NCBI RefSeq assembly: GCF_057098645.1
Contig: NZ_CM169472.1
Length of the DNA stretch: 64,000 nt
Direction: 5' to 3' (one strand)
This document shows, piece after piece, positions 9,813-18,390 of the stretch. Each line of letters begins with the position of its first letter. Position 1 is the stretch's first letter. The notes below the pieces were generated by a model, which made no database searches, was not told where the DNA came from, and saw only the letters and a program-made list of their open reading frames with translations. The translations under genes and the position numbers were made by a program.

Positions 9813-10322
9813 ATGATGACGCTGATTATTCCGCGAAAGGAGGCTCCCGTGTCCGGTGAGGGTACGGTGGTCATCCCGCAACCGGCAGGCGACGAGCCGG
9901 TGATTAAAAACACGTTCTTTTTTCCCGATATCGACCCGAAGCGCGTCCGGGAACGTATGCGCCTTGAGCAGACCGTCGCCCCCGCCCGTCTGCGTGAGGC
10001 CATCAAGTCAGGCATGGCGGAGACAAATGCGGAGCTGTACGAGTACCGCGAACAGAAAATTGCCGCCGGTTTTACGCGTCTGGCGGACGTCCCGGCGGAC
10101 GATATCGACGGTGAAAGCATCAAAGTTTTTTACTACGAGCGCGCCGTGTGTGCGATGGCGACCGCGTCGCTTTATGAGCGTTATCGCGGCGTGGATGCCA
10201 GTGCGAAAGGTGACAAGAAGGCTGACAGCATTGACAGCACCATTGATGAGCTGTGGCGGGATATGCGCTGGGCGGTGGCGCGTATCCAGGACAAACCGCG
10301 CTGCATCGTGAGTCAAATCTGA
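9813..10322 (+). CDS. L: head completion/stabilisation protein (P2 gpL-like)
   Basis: ORF track 9753..10322; start trimmed to MMTLIIP giving 169 aa; stop overlaps X start (ATGA). Confidence 0.88.
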   Translation: MMTLIIPRKEAPVSGEGTVVIPQPAGDEPVIKNTFFFPDIDPKRVRERMRLEQTVAPARLREAIKSGMAETNAELYEYREQKIAAGFTRLADVPADDIDGESIKVFYYERAVCAMATASLYERYRGVDASAKGDKKADSIDSTIDELWRDMRWAVARIQDKPRCIVSQI

Positions 10323-10525
10323 TGAAGACCTTTGCGCTACAGGGCGACACGCTCGACGCCATTTGTGTCTGGTATTACGGGCGCACTGAGGGCGTGGTCG
10401 AAGCCGTGCTCGCCGCAAATCCGGGACTGGCTGAACTGGGGGCGGTGCTGCCGCACGGCACCGCCGTCGAACTGCCCGACGTTCAGACCGCGCCCGTGGC
10501 TGAAACTGTCAATCTGTGGGAGTAA
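10322..10525 (+). CDS. X: tail protein X (LysM-like, P2 gpX-like)
   Basis: 67-aa ORF starting MKTFALQGDTLDAI; synteny. Confidence 0.85.
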   Translation: MKTFALQGDTLDAICVWYYGRTEGVVEAVLAANPGLAELGAVLPHGTAVELPDVQTAPVAETVNLWE

Positions 10526-10528
10526 CGC

Positions 10529-10810
10529 ATGACAGCAGAAGAAAAAAGCGTCCTGTCGCTTTTCATGATTGGGGTGCTGATTGTTGTCGGCAAGGTGCTT
10601 GCCGGTGGTGAACCCATCACCCCGCGTCTGTTTATCGGGCGCATGTTGCTCGGTGGTTTTGTCTCGATGGTTGCCGGTGTTGTTCTGGTGCAGTTTCCTG
10701 ACCTGTCACTGCCTGCGGTGTGCGGCATCGGCTCCATGCTGGGTATCGCCGGTTATCAGGTGATTGAGATTGCCATTCAGCGCCGCTTTAAGGGCAGGGG
10801 GAAACAGTAA
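10529..10810 (+). CDS. Y: holin (P2 gpY-like)
   Basis: 93-aa ORF with hydrophobic helices, immediately upstream of the lysozyme gene. Confidence 0.85.
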   Translation: MTAEEKSVLSLFMIGVLIVVGKVLAGGEPITPRLFIGRMLLGGFVSMVAGVVLVQFPDLSLPAVCGIGSMLGIAGYQVIEIAIQRRFKGRGKQ

Positions 10811-11733
10811 TGCCGGTAATTAACACGCATCAGAATATCGCCGCCTTTCTCGACATGCTGGCGGTGTCCGAAGGGACGGCAAATCATCCGCTGACGAAAA
10901 ACCGGGGCTATGACGTGATAGTCACCGGACTGGACGGGAAGCCGGAAATCTTCACCGACTACAGTGACCACCCGTTCGCGCATGGCCGACCGGCGAAGGT
11001 GTTTAACCGTCGCGGTGAAAAGTCCACGGCCTCCGGTCGCTATCAGCAGCTTTACCTGTTCTGGCCGCACTACCGCAAACAGCTTGCCCTGCCGGATTTC
11101 AGTCCGTTGTCACAGGACAGACTCGCCATTCAGTTGATCCGCGAACGCGGTGCACTGGATGACATCCGGGCGGGACGCATTGAGCGCGCCATTTCACGCT
11201 GTCGCAATATCTGGGCGTCCCTGCCGGGTGCCGGTTACGGTCAGCGTGAGCATTCACTGGAAAAACTGGTCACCGTCTGGCGTACCGGCTTAAACGGAGT
11301 AAACACCATGAAGAAATTATCCCTTTCACTGATGCTGAATGTGTCGCTGGCGCTGATGCTGGCACTGTCACTGATTTACCCGCAGAGCGTGGCCGTCAGT
11401 TTTGTCGCTGCCTGGGCGATTCTGGCGACGGTTATCTGTGTGGTTGCCGGTGGTGTCGGCGTGTATGCCACTGAGTATGTACTTGAGCGCTACGGACGGG
11501 AGCTGCCGCCGGAATCGCTGGCCGTGAAGATTGTCACGTCGCTGTTTTTGCAGCCGGTGCCGTGGTGCAGACGGGCGGCGGGTCTGGTGGTGATGGTGGC
11601 GACGTTTATCTCGCTGGTCGCTGCCGGGTGGATTTTTACTGCACTGATTTATCTCGTGGCGTCGCTGTTTTTCCGGCTGATACGTAAAGCCTGTCGTCAG
11701 CGTTTTGAGGGGCGGGAACTATGTCAAAGCTGA
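10810..11733 (+). CDS. K: endolysin (P2 K-like lysozyme) reading through in frame into a LysA-like membrane domain (307 aa)
   Basis: N-terminal ~165 aa look like P2 K lysozyme; no stop codon before the LysA-like MKKLSLSLMLNV... segment in the same frame. Confidence 0.7.
   Translation: MPVINTHQNIAAFLDMLAVSEGTANHPLTKNRGYDVIVTGLDGKPEIFTDYSDHPFAHGRPAKVFNRRGEKSTASGRYQQLYLFWPHYRKQLALPDFSPLSQDRLAIQLIRERGALDDIRAGRIERAISRCRNIWASLPGAGYGQREHSLEKLVTVWRTGLNGVNTMKKLSLSLMLNVSLALMLALSLIYPQSVAVSFVAAWAILATVICVVAGGVGVYATEYVLERYGRELPPESLAVKIVTSLFLQPVPWCRRAAGLVVMVATFISLVAAGWIFTALIYLVASLFFRLIRKACRQRFEGRELCQS
11308..11733 (+). CDS. lysA: LysA-like membrane protein (possible internal in-frame start within the K reading frame)
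   Basis: ATG at 11308 in frame gives 141 aa, the length I recall for P2 LysA; hydrophobic segments. Confidence 0.5.
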   Translation: MKKLSLSLMLNVSLALMLALSLIYPQSVAVSFVAAWAILATVICVVAGGVGVYATEYVLERYGRELPPESLAVKIVTSLFLQPVPWCRRAAGLVVMVATFISLVAAGWIFTALIYLVASLFFRLIRKACRQRFEGRELCQS

Positions 11734-12146
11734 TGATTGTGCTGGTCGTGTTGTTATCGCTGGCGGTGGCGGGGCTGTTTCTGGCGAAGCATGAAAACGC
11801 CAGCCTGCGCGCCTCGCTGGACAGGGTGAACAACGTCGCCAGTGAACAGCAGACGACCATCACCATGCTGAAAAATCAGCTTCATGTTGCCATCACCAGG
11901 GCAGACAAAAACGAGCTGGCGCAGGTGGCACTGCGTCAGGAACTGGAGAACGCCGCGAAGCGTGAAGCACAGCGCGAGAAAACCATCACGAGGTTACTTA
12001 ATGAAAACGAAGATTTTCGCCGCTGGTATGGCGCTGACCTGCCTGATGCTGTGCGCCGGTTGCACCAGCGTCCGGCCTGCACCGACGCCAGTGATTGTCG
12101 CCAACGCCTGCCCGAAAGTGAGCCTTTGCCCGATGCCGGGCAGTGA
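11721..12146 (+). CDS. lysB: LysB, Rz-like i-spanin
   Basis: 141-aa ORF with N-terminal TM helix and coiled-coil; synteny. Confidence 0.8.
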   Translation: MSKLMIVLVVLLSLAVAGLFLAKHENASLRASLDRVNNVASEQQTTITMLKNQLHVAITRADKNELAQVALRQELENAAKREAQREKTITRLLNENEDFRRWYGADLPDAVRRLHQRPACTDASDCRQRLPESEPLPDAGQ

Positions 12147-12291
12147 CCCGCAGACGAACGGCGATTTAAGTGCCGATATCCGGCAGCTTGAGAACGCGCT
12201 GGCACGCTGTGCCAGCCAGGTAAAAATGATTAAACACTGTCAGGACGAAAACGATGCTCAAACCCGACAGCCTGCGCAGGGCACTGACTGA
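12001..12291 (+). CDS. lysC: LysC, Rz1-like o-spanin lipoprotein embedded in lysB in another frame
   Basis: MKTKIFAAGMALTCLMLCAGC lipobox signal; start trimmed from ORF-track 11884; Pro-rich. Confidence 0.75.
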   Translation: MKTKIFAAGMALTCLMLCAGCTSVRPAPTPVIVANACPKVSLCPMPGSDPQTNGDLSADIRQLENALARCASQVKMIKHCQDENDAQTRQPAQGTD

Positions 12292-12721
12292 TGCCGTCAC
12301 GGTGCTGAAAACCAGCCCCGAGATGCTGCGGATATTCGTGGATAACGGGAGTATTGCCTCCACACTGGCGACGTCACTGTCATTCGAAAAGCGTTACACG
12401 CTCAATGTCATTGTGACCGATTTTACCGATGATTTTGACCTGCTCATCGTGCCGGTGCTGGCGTGGCTGCGGGAAAATCAGCCCGACATCATGACCACCG
12501 ACGAAGGTCAGAAAAAGGGCTTCACGTTTTATGCAGACATCAACAATGACAGCAGCTTTGATATCAGCATCAGCCTGATGCTGACCGAGCGCACGCTGGT
12601 CAGTGAGGTGGACGGCGCACTGCATGTGAAGAATATCCCGGAACCCCCGCCGCCGGAGCCGGTCACCCGCCCGATGGAGCTGTATATCAATGGCGAACTG
12701 GTGAGCAAGTGGGATGAATGA
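12254..12721 (+). CDS. R: tail completion protein (P2 gpR-like)
   Basis: 155-aa ORF, same length as P2 R; synteny. Confidence 0.88.
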   Translation: MLKPDSLRRALTDAVTVLKTSPEMLRIFVDNGSIASTLATSLSFEKRYTLNVIVTDFTDDFDLLIVPVLAWLRENQPDIMTTDEGQKKGFTFYADINNDSSFDISISLMLTERTLVSEVDGALHVKNIPEPPPPEPVTRPMELYINGELVSKWDE

Positions 12722-13163
12722 GTTTAAGCGTTTTGAAGACCGGCTGACCGGAATGATTGAGTCGCTGTCACCGTCAGGGCGTCGGCGACTGGCGGTAGAT
12801 ATTGCGAAGAAACTGCGCCAGCGCCAGCAGCAGCGAATTAAATTACAAAAAGGCCCGGATGGTACGCCGTATGTACCGAGAAAAAACCAACCAGTGCGAA
12901 ATAAGAAAGGCCGGATAAAGCGGGAAATGTTTGTGAAATTACGCACTAACCGGTTTATGAAAGCAACAGCTAGCGAGAGTGCGGCGGTGGTGGAGTTTAC
13001 TGGTAAGGTTGAGTGTATTGCGAGAGTACATCAATTTGGGTTGGCTGATAAGCCTAGTTACAACAGTAAGGCTGTGGTTTATCCTGTTCGTATACTTATG
13101 GGAATCTCAGAGCGTGATACGAAATTTGTTGAAGAAGTTATTATTCGCTACCTATCTCATTAG
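12714..13163 (+). CDS. S: tail completion protein (P2 gpS-like); 3' two-thirds is AT-rich and looks mosaic
   Basis: 149-aa ORF starting MNEFKRFEDRLTG; synteny; composition shift near 12830. Confidence 0.85.
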   Translation: MNEFKRFEDRLTGMIESLSPSGRRRLAVDIAKKLRQRQQQRIKLQKGPDGTPYVPRKNQPVRNKKGRIKREMFVKLRTNRFMKATASESAAVVEFTGKVECIARVHQFGLADKPSYNSKAVVYPVRILMGISERDTKFVEEVIIRYLSH

Positions 13164-13213
13164 GGACGATGAAAATATAGTTTCATCAGCTATATTCTAG
13201 TATATAAAATACT

Positions 13214-13238
13214 AAGGCTACACTAGCCGTGTAGCCTT
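13214..13238. terminator. bidirectional intrinsic terminator between convergent S and the cargo NTPase gene
   Basis: perfect 10-bp stem AAGGCTACAC / GTGTAGCCTT with 5-nt loop, flanked by A/T-rich runs on both sides. Confidence 0.6.
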
Positions 13239-13263
13239 AGTATATGTTTGGGATATTATATAA

Positions 13264-14508
13264 CTAAATCCAGCGAAGGTAGAATAGTAAGTAAGGATCT
13301 CTGATGTCTAATACATCGCTTTCTTGATCCCACTCGATAATACTGCTATTTGCAGCATCGTTGGCAATAGCAGTTGAGTGCTGACATGCACTGGTTATAC
13401 TAGAACCGCTTGGGCTATCGCCATGACATAACGAGGTCACTCGAGATACTAAGTCAGAATAACGAAATGTCAGCGTCGGAGGATTAGAAGCAATGGCTTT
13501 TAATAAAAAGACATAAACATCGCCTTGCCAGCCATCTTTTGATATATATGATTTTCTATCAGAACCACGCACTTTAGGTCCTTCGCGCATTTTATCCACA
13601 ATCGTGCTGTAATCTGCTGACTGAAGTGTACGTTTGCACACTCTTTGCAATGTGGCAATATCTTTTTGATATTTTATTGAAGTATCAGAAGTCTCTCTGA
13701 CATTCATTTCAAAACAAGAGTTTAAGCATAAATATTGCATTAGTTGTGGTGAGCCTGCGGACTCTTTTACTAACTCACTTATAACTTCATCAGAGGCATC
13801 TATATTGAGTAGTTTGAATCCTTTCTGAGCAATAATTTTTAAGGTTGATTCATCCCAATAATCAAAATCAATATTAAATATCCGGCCTCGTAAGTCAGAG
13901 TTACCCCGAAGAACATCATCAGAATGATATGGCACTGATGCACAAATAAATTTGCAGCCATTAGCTATGGCATCTTTTATTTGTCGTGATAGTTCGGCTT
14001 GAGCTTCTTTAGCAATATAGTGAAAATCATCGATAAAGATAACATAATCTGTGTTTGCGATTTCTCGCTTCATTAGTTGAAAGAGATCTATCGCAAATGA
14101 TTCTGAGGTTTGATCTGCTGTACTATAACCAGCGGATGCAGACCCTTTAAGACTACCTTTTGCTAAAATTACACCAGCTTGGGCAGATAATTCTCCTGTA
14201 CTTGAAAATGATGAGGTGCCAGTTTTACTTTGAACTTGGGTTACTGGTACACCAAGTATGTCGAAAACGCGCTTCCATAAATCATTAGCAGATTGAACCC
14301 CTGCTCCAGTTACTTCGATTAGCCTCTGGGTTCCAAGTACTTTCTTAACAAAGACAGTTTTTCCTGATTTTGATGGGCCAGAGATAGAAATCAGCATGGT
14401 GCCCATCTCAAGTGTATCGATTAACTGTTGCTGTTTAGATACTAGGTGATCCTCAACCAGTGTGTGGTTGGGATAACCGCCTGGGATAAAAACCTCTGTC
14501 GCCTTCAT
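13264..14508 (-). CDS. hypothetical P-loop NTPase; AT-rich cargo gene between S and V; candidate anti-phage defence ATPase
   Basis: 414-aa ORF; Walker A GPSKSGKT (aa 44-51, nt 14356..14379); Walker B YVIFIDD (aa 155-161); Ser/Thr/Gly-rich insert between them; opposite strand and lower GC than the phage backbone. Confidence 0.8.
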   Translation of the reverse strand: MKATEVFIPGGYPNHTLVEDHLVSKQQQLIDTLEMGTMLISISGPSKSGKTVFVKKVLGTQRLIEVTGAGVQSANDLWKRVFDILGVPVTQVQSKTGTSSFSSTGELSAQAGVILAKGSLKGSASAGYSTADQTSESFAIDLFQLMKREIANTDYVIFIDDFHYIAKEAQAELSRQIKDAIANGCKFICASVPYHSDDVLRGNSDLRGRIFNIDFDYWDESTLKIIAQKGFKLLNIDASDEVISELVKESAGSPQLMQYLCLNSCFEMNVRETSDTSIKYQKDIATLQRVCKRTLQSADYSTIVDKMREGPKVRGSDRKSYISKDGWQGDVYVFLLKAIASNPPTLTFRYSDLVSRVTSLCHGDSPSGSSITSACQHSTAIANDAANSSIIEWDQESDVLDIRDPYLLFYLRWI

Positions 14509-14549
14509 ATATCAACGCCAACATTATTAATGGTATGCCAATTTTACGT

Positions 14550-14567
14550 TGTAAGAGGATCAATACA
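14550..14567. promoter_or_regulatory. TGT-N12-ACA dyad upstream of V (Ogr/Delta-type late activator site candidate)
   Basis: TGTAAGAGGATCAATACA in the divergent region between the cargo gene and V; spacing to the V start is shorter than expected, so tentative. Confidence 0.3.
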
Positions 14568-14614
14568 AGTTCCATTTATTGCCTGTGAGTGCTGAAAAAT
14601 TCAATATTTGAAAA

Positions 14615-15250
14615 ATGAATATAAATCACTCATTACAAGAGCTTGCGCGTGCACTGCGCAACATGATCCGCACCGGTATTATCGTCGAAACCGACCTTAA
14701 CGCCGGTCGCTGCCGTGTGCAGACCGGCGGCATGTGCACCGACTGGCTTCAGTGGCTGACCCATCGTGCCGGACGTTCGCGCACATGGTGGGCACCTTCC
14801 GTGGGGGAACAGGTGCTGATTCTGGCTGTGGGCGGTGAACTCGACACGGCGTTCGTTCTGCCGGGGATTTATTCCGGCGATAACCCCGCGCCGTCTGCGT
14901 CGGCGGATGCCCTGCATATCCGTTTCCCTGACGGGGCGGTGATTGAGTATGAACCCGAAACCAGTTCACTGACGGTAAGCGGAATTAAAACGGCCAGCGT
15001 GACGGCTTCTGATTTTGTTACTGCCACGGTGCCGGTGGTCACGGTGAAAGCATCAACCCGCGTCACCCTGGACACACCGGAGGTGGTCTGCACCAACAGG
15101 CTGATTACCGGCACGCTGGAAGTGCAGAAGGGCGGGACGATGCGCGGCAACATTGAACACACCGGCGGTGAACTCTCATCAAACGGTAAGGTACTGCATA
15201 CCCATAAACACCCCGGCGACAGTGGCGGCACAACAGGGGGACCTCTATGA
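14615..15250 (+). CDS. V: baseplate spike (P2 gpV-like)
   Basis: 211-aa ORF, same length as P2 V; synteny. Confidence 0.92.
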   Translation: MNINHSLQELARALRNMIRTGIIVETDLNAGRCRVQTGGMCTDWLQWLTHRAGRSRTWWAPSVGEQVLILAVGGELDTAFVLPGIYSGDNPAPSASADALHIRFPDGAVIEYEPETSSLTVSGIKTASVTASDFVTATVPVVTVKASTRVTLDTPEVVCTNRLITGTLEVQKGGTMRGNIEHTGGELSSNGKVLHTHKHPGDSGGTTGGPL

Positions 15251-15594
15251 CAGCGCGTTATCTCGGAATGAATCGCAGTGATGGCCTGACTGTCACTGAC
15301 CTTGAGCATATCAGCCAGAGTATCGGCGATATCCTGCGCACACCGGTCGGCTCACGGGTGATGCGTCGTGATTACGGCTCGTTGCTGGCGTCAATGATTG
15401 ACCAGCCGCAGACCCCGGCGCTTGAGTTGCAGATTAAAGTCGCCTGTTACATGGCAGTGCTGAAATGGGAACCCCGCGTCACCCTGTCATCCGTCACCAC
15501 GGCGCGCAGTTTTGACGGGCGAATGACGGTCACGTTAACCGGCCAGCACAACGACACCGGCCAGCCACTTTCGTTAACCATCCCTGTGAGTTGA
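15247..15594 (+). CDS. W: baseplate wedge protein (P2 gpW-like)
   Basis: 115-aa ORF; synteny. Confidence 0.9.
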   Translation: MTARYLGMNRSDGLTVTDLEHISQSIGDILRTPVGSRVMRRDYGSLLASMIDQPQTPALELQIKVACYMAVLKWEPRVTLSSVTTARSFDGRMTVTLTGQHNDTGQPLSLTIPVS

Positions 15595-15598
15595 AACC

Positions 15599-16507
15599 AT
15601 GCCGATTATCGACCTGAACCAGCTACCCGCACCGGATGTGGTCGAGGAGCTGGACTTTGAAACCATTCTTGCCGAACGCAAGGCGACACTGATTTCCCTT
15701 TACCCGGAAGACCAGCAGGAGGCGGTCGCCCGTACCCTGACACTGGAATCTGAGCCTCTCGTCAAACTGCTGGAGGAAAATGCTTATCGTGAGCTTATCT
15801 GGCGTCAGCGTGTGAATGAGGCTGCACGGGCGGTGATGCTGGCCTGTGCAGCCGGTAATGACCTTGATGTGATTGGTGCCAATTACAACACCACACGCCT
15901 GATTATCACCCCGGCAGATGATTCAACCATCCCGCCGACACCGGCCGTGATGGAATCTGACACCGATTATCGTCTGCGTATTCAGCAGGCGTTTGAAGGT
16001 TTAAGCGTCGCCGGGTCGGTGGGGGCCTATCAGTATCATGGTCGAAGTGCCGACGGGCGTGTCGCAGATATCTCTGTCACCAGTCCTTCTCCGGCCTGCG
16101 TCACCATCTCTGTGCTGTCACGTGAAAATAACGGTGTGGCATCCGAAGACCTGCTGGCGGTGGTGCGCAACGCCCTTAATGGTGAGGACGTCAGACCGGT
16201 GGCCGACCGTGTGACCGTGCAGTCTGCCGTCATCGTTGAATACCAGATAAATGCCACGCTTTACCTTTACCCTGGCCCCGAAAGCGAACCCATTCGCGCT
16301 GCCGCCGTGAAAAAACTGGAAGCGTATATCACGGCACAGCACCGGCTGGGGCGCGACATCCGACTGTCTGCCATTTATGCCGCTTTGCATGTGGAAGGCG
16401 TGCAGCGTGTCGAACTGGCTGCACCGCTGGCCGACATCGTGCTCAACAATACGCAGGCGTCTTTCTGTACCGAATACAGCGTCGTGACCGGAGGCTCGGA
16501 TGAGTGA
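15599..16507 (+). CDS. J: baseplate protein (P2 gpJ-like)
   Basis: 302-aa ORF; synteny. Confidence 0.9.
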   Translation: MPIIDLNQLPAPDVVEELDFETILAERKATLISLYPEDQQEAVARTLTLESEPLVKLLEENAYRELIWRQRVNEAARAVMLACAAGNDLDVIGANYNTTRLIITPADDSTIPPTPAVMESDTDYRLRIQQAFEGLSVAGSVGAYQYHGRSADGRVADISVTSPSPACVTISVLSRENNGVASEDLLAVVRNALNGEDVRPVADRVTVQSAVIVEYQINATLYLYPGPESEPIRAAAVKKLEAYITAQHRLGRDIRLSAIYAALHVEGVQRVELAAPLADIVLNNTQASFCTEYSVVTGGSDE

Positions 16508-17111
16508 TTCGCGACTGCTGCCGACCGGCTCATCACCGCTTGAAGTCGCTGCCGCAAAAGCCTGTGCGGAAATTGAAAAAACGCCGGTCAGTATTCGTGA
16601 GCTGTGGAACCCGGACACCTGCCCGGCAAATCTGCTGCCGTGGCTGGCGTGGTCATTTTCGGTTGACCGCTGGGATGATAAGTGGCCGGAAGCGACAAAA
16701 CGCGCTGTTATCCGCGATGCGTATTTCATTCACTGCCATAAGGGCACTATAGGCGCAATCCGGCGTGTGGTGGAGCCGCTCGGCTATCTGATTGAGGTGA
16801 GGGAGTGGTGGCAGCTCAACGAGGAGCCGGGGACGTTCCGCATCGTTGTTGGCGTGCTTGAGCAGGGTATTACCGAGGAAATGTATCAGGAGCTGGAGCG
16901 CCTCGTTGCTGATGCAAAACCGGCAAGCCGCCATCTGACGGGACTGGCTATCAGTTTAAGTACAACCGGCAACATTTTTGCCGGTGCGGGATGCTATCAC
17001 GGTGACGCCCTGACGGTTTATCCCTACACCCCGGAGGCCATTATTGTCGGAGGGGATTATTTCCCGGCCTCGGCCATTCATTTAATTGATAACCTGAGAG
17101 TAAACGCATGA
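16500..17111 (+). CDS. I: baseplate protein (P2 gpI-like)
   Basis: 203-aa ORF overlapping J stop and H start; synteny. Confidence 0.85.
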   Translation: MSDSRLLPTGSSPLEVAAAKACAEIEKTPVSIRELWNPDTCPANLLPWLAWSFSVDRWDDKWPEATKRAVIRDAYFIHCHKGTIGAIRRVVEPLGYLIEVREWWQLNEEPGTFRIVVGVLEQGITEEMYQELERLVADAKPASRHLTGLAISLSTTGNIFAGAGCYHGDALTVYPYTPEAIIVGGDYFPASAIHLIDNLRVNA

Positions 17112-18388
17112 CAGTGAAATACTACGCCATTCTGACTAATCAGGGCGCAGCACGGCTGGCTAACGCGACGATGCTCGGCAGTAAGCTGAATCTGACGCAA
17201 ATGGCCGTTGGTGATGCGAATGGTGTCTTGCCGACACCAGACCCGGCACAGACAAAACTGATTAACCAGAAACGCATCGCGCCGCTGAATCTTCTGAGTG
17301 TTGACCCGAACAACCAGAGCCAGATTATTGCGGAGCAAATCATCCCTGAGAACGAGGGCGGATTCTGGATCCGTGAGATTGGGCTTTATGATGATGAAGG
17401 CGTACTCATTGCGGTGGCGAACTGCCCGGAAACGTACAAACCGCAGTTGCAGGAAGGCAGTGGTCGTACCCAGACTATCCGCATGATTCTGGTTGTCACG
17501 AATACCGAAGCTATTACGCTGAAAATCGACCCGTCGGTGGTACTGGCGACCCGTAAATACGTGGATGATGAAGTCCTGGAATTAAGGCTGTATGTGGATG
17601 ACCAGATGAGAAACCACATTGCCGCACAGGATCCTCATAGCCAGTATGCACAGAAACATAATCCGACATTTACCGGAGAACCAAAAGCGCCGACGCCTGC
17701 CGCAGGGAATAACACCACGCGGATTGCGACCACTGAGTTTGTTCAGGCCGCTATTACCGCTCTGATTAACGGTGCGCCAGCCACGCTGGACACACTGAAA
17801 GAAATTGCCGCAGCCATTAACAATGACCCGAAATTCAGTACCACCATTAACAATGCGCTGTCAGGTAAGCAGCCACTGGATGAGACGCTGACTCATTTGA
17901 GTGGAAAGGATGTTGCCGGTCTTCTCGCATACCTTGGTTTGGGAGAAGCGGCAAAACGGAATGTGGGCAACGGGGAAAACCAAATCCCTGATATGTCTTT
18001 CTGGACGGCTACTGGTGGCAATGGAAATTTTGTGATTCGTCAACCTGACGGGCTAATCATTCAGATGGTTACTGTAAGTATAAGCGGCCCAGTGGCGATG
18101 AATGGAATGACTGATAATGCTTATGCCATCACAGGTTCTAATAAGTCTTATATTGCCACAGCCACATTGCCCTTTGTATTTCCTAATAAGGTGCTGGGCG
18201 TTATCCCTCTGGTATCAACAACAGCCTATGGTGGTGTATCCAGTAATATTACAGGTTCATACGCGACGGCGGTTTGTTCTTTTGCCGCTGTCAGGGGGAA
18301 TAATACGATTGTGTTCAAAGTCGACAAACCACTGAATGCAGCCTTTCCTTCAGATACCAGCGTCTCAGCGTTAATCATTGGACGGTAA
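17108..18388 (+). CDS. H: tail fibre protein (P2 gpH-like); C-terminal part lies inside the invertible segment
   Basis: 426-aa ORF; crossover site inside the gene at the LGLGE motif; followed by a tail-fibre assembly gene. Confidence 0.88.
   Translation: MTVKYYAILTNQGAARLANATMLGSKLNLTQMAVGDANGVLPTPDPAQTKLINQKRIAPLNLLSVDPNNQSQIIAEQIIPENEGGFWIREIGLYDDEGVLIAVANCPETYKPQLQEGSGRTQTIRMILVVTNTEAITLKIDPSVVLATRKYVDDEVLELRLYVDDQMRNHIAAQDPHSQYAQKHNPTFTGEPKAPTPAAGNNTTRIATTEFVQAAITALINGAPATLDTLKEIAAAINNDPKFSTTINNALSGKQPLDETLTHLSGKDVAGLLAYLGLGEAAKRNVGNGENQIPDMSFWTATGGNGNFVIRQPDGLIIQMVTVSISGPVAMNGMTDNAYAITGSNKSYIATATLPFVFPNKVLGVIPLVSTTAYGGVSSNITGSYATAVCSFAAVRGNNTIVFKVDKPLNAAFPSDTSVSALIIGR
17922..17947. other. 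site-specific recombination (crossover) site of a Gin/Hin-family invertase, left copy, inside H
   Basis: TTCTCGCATACC-TT-GGTTTGGGAGAA; right half is the reverse complement of the left half of the site at 22512..22537. Confidence 0.6.
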
Positions 18389-18390
18389 GA

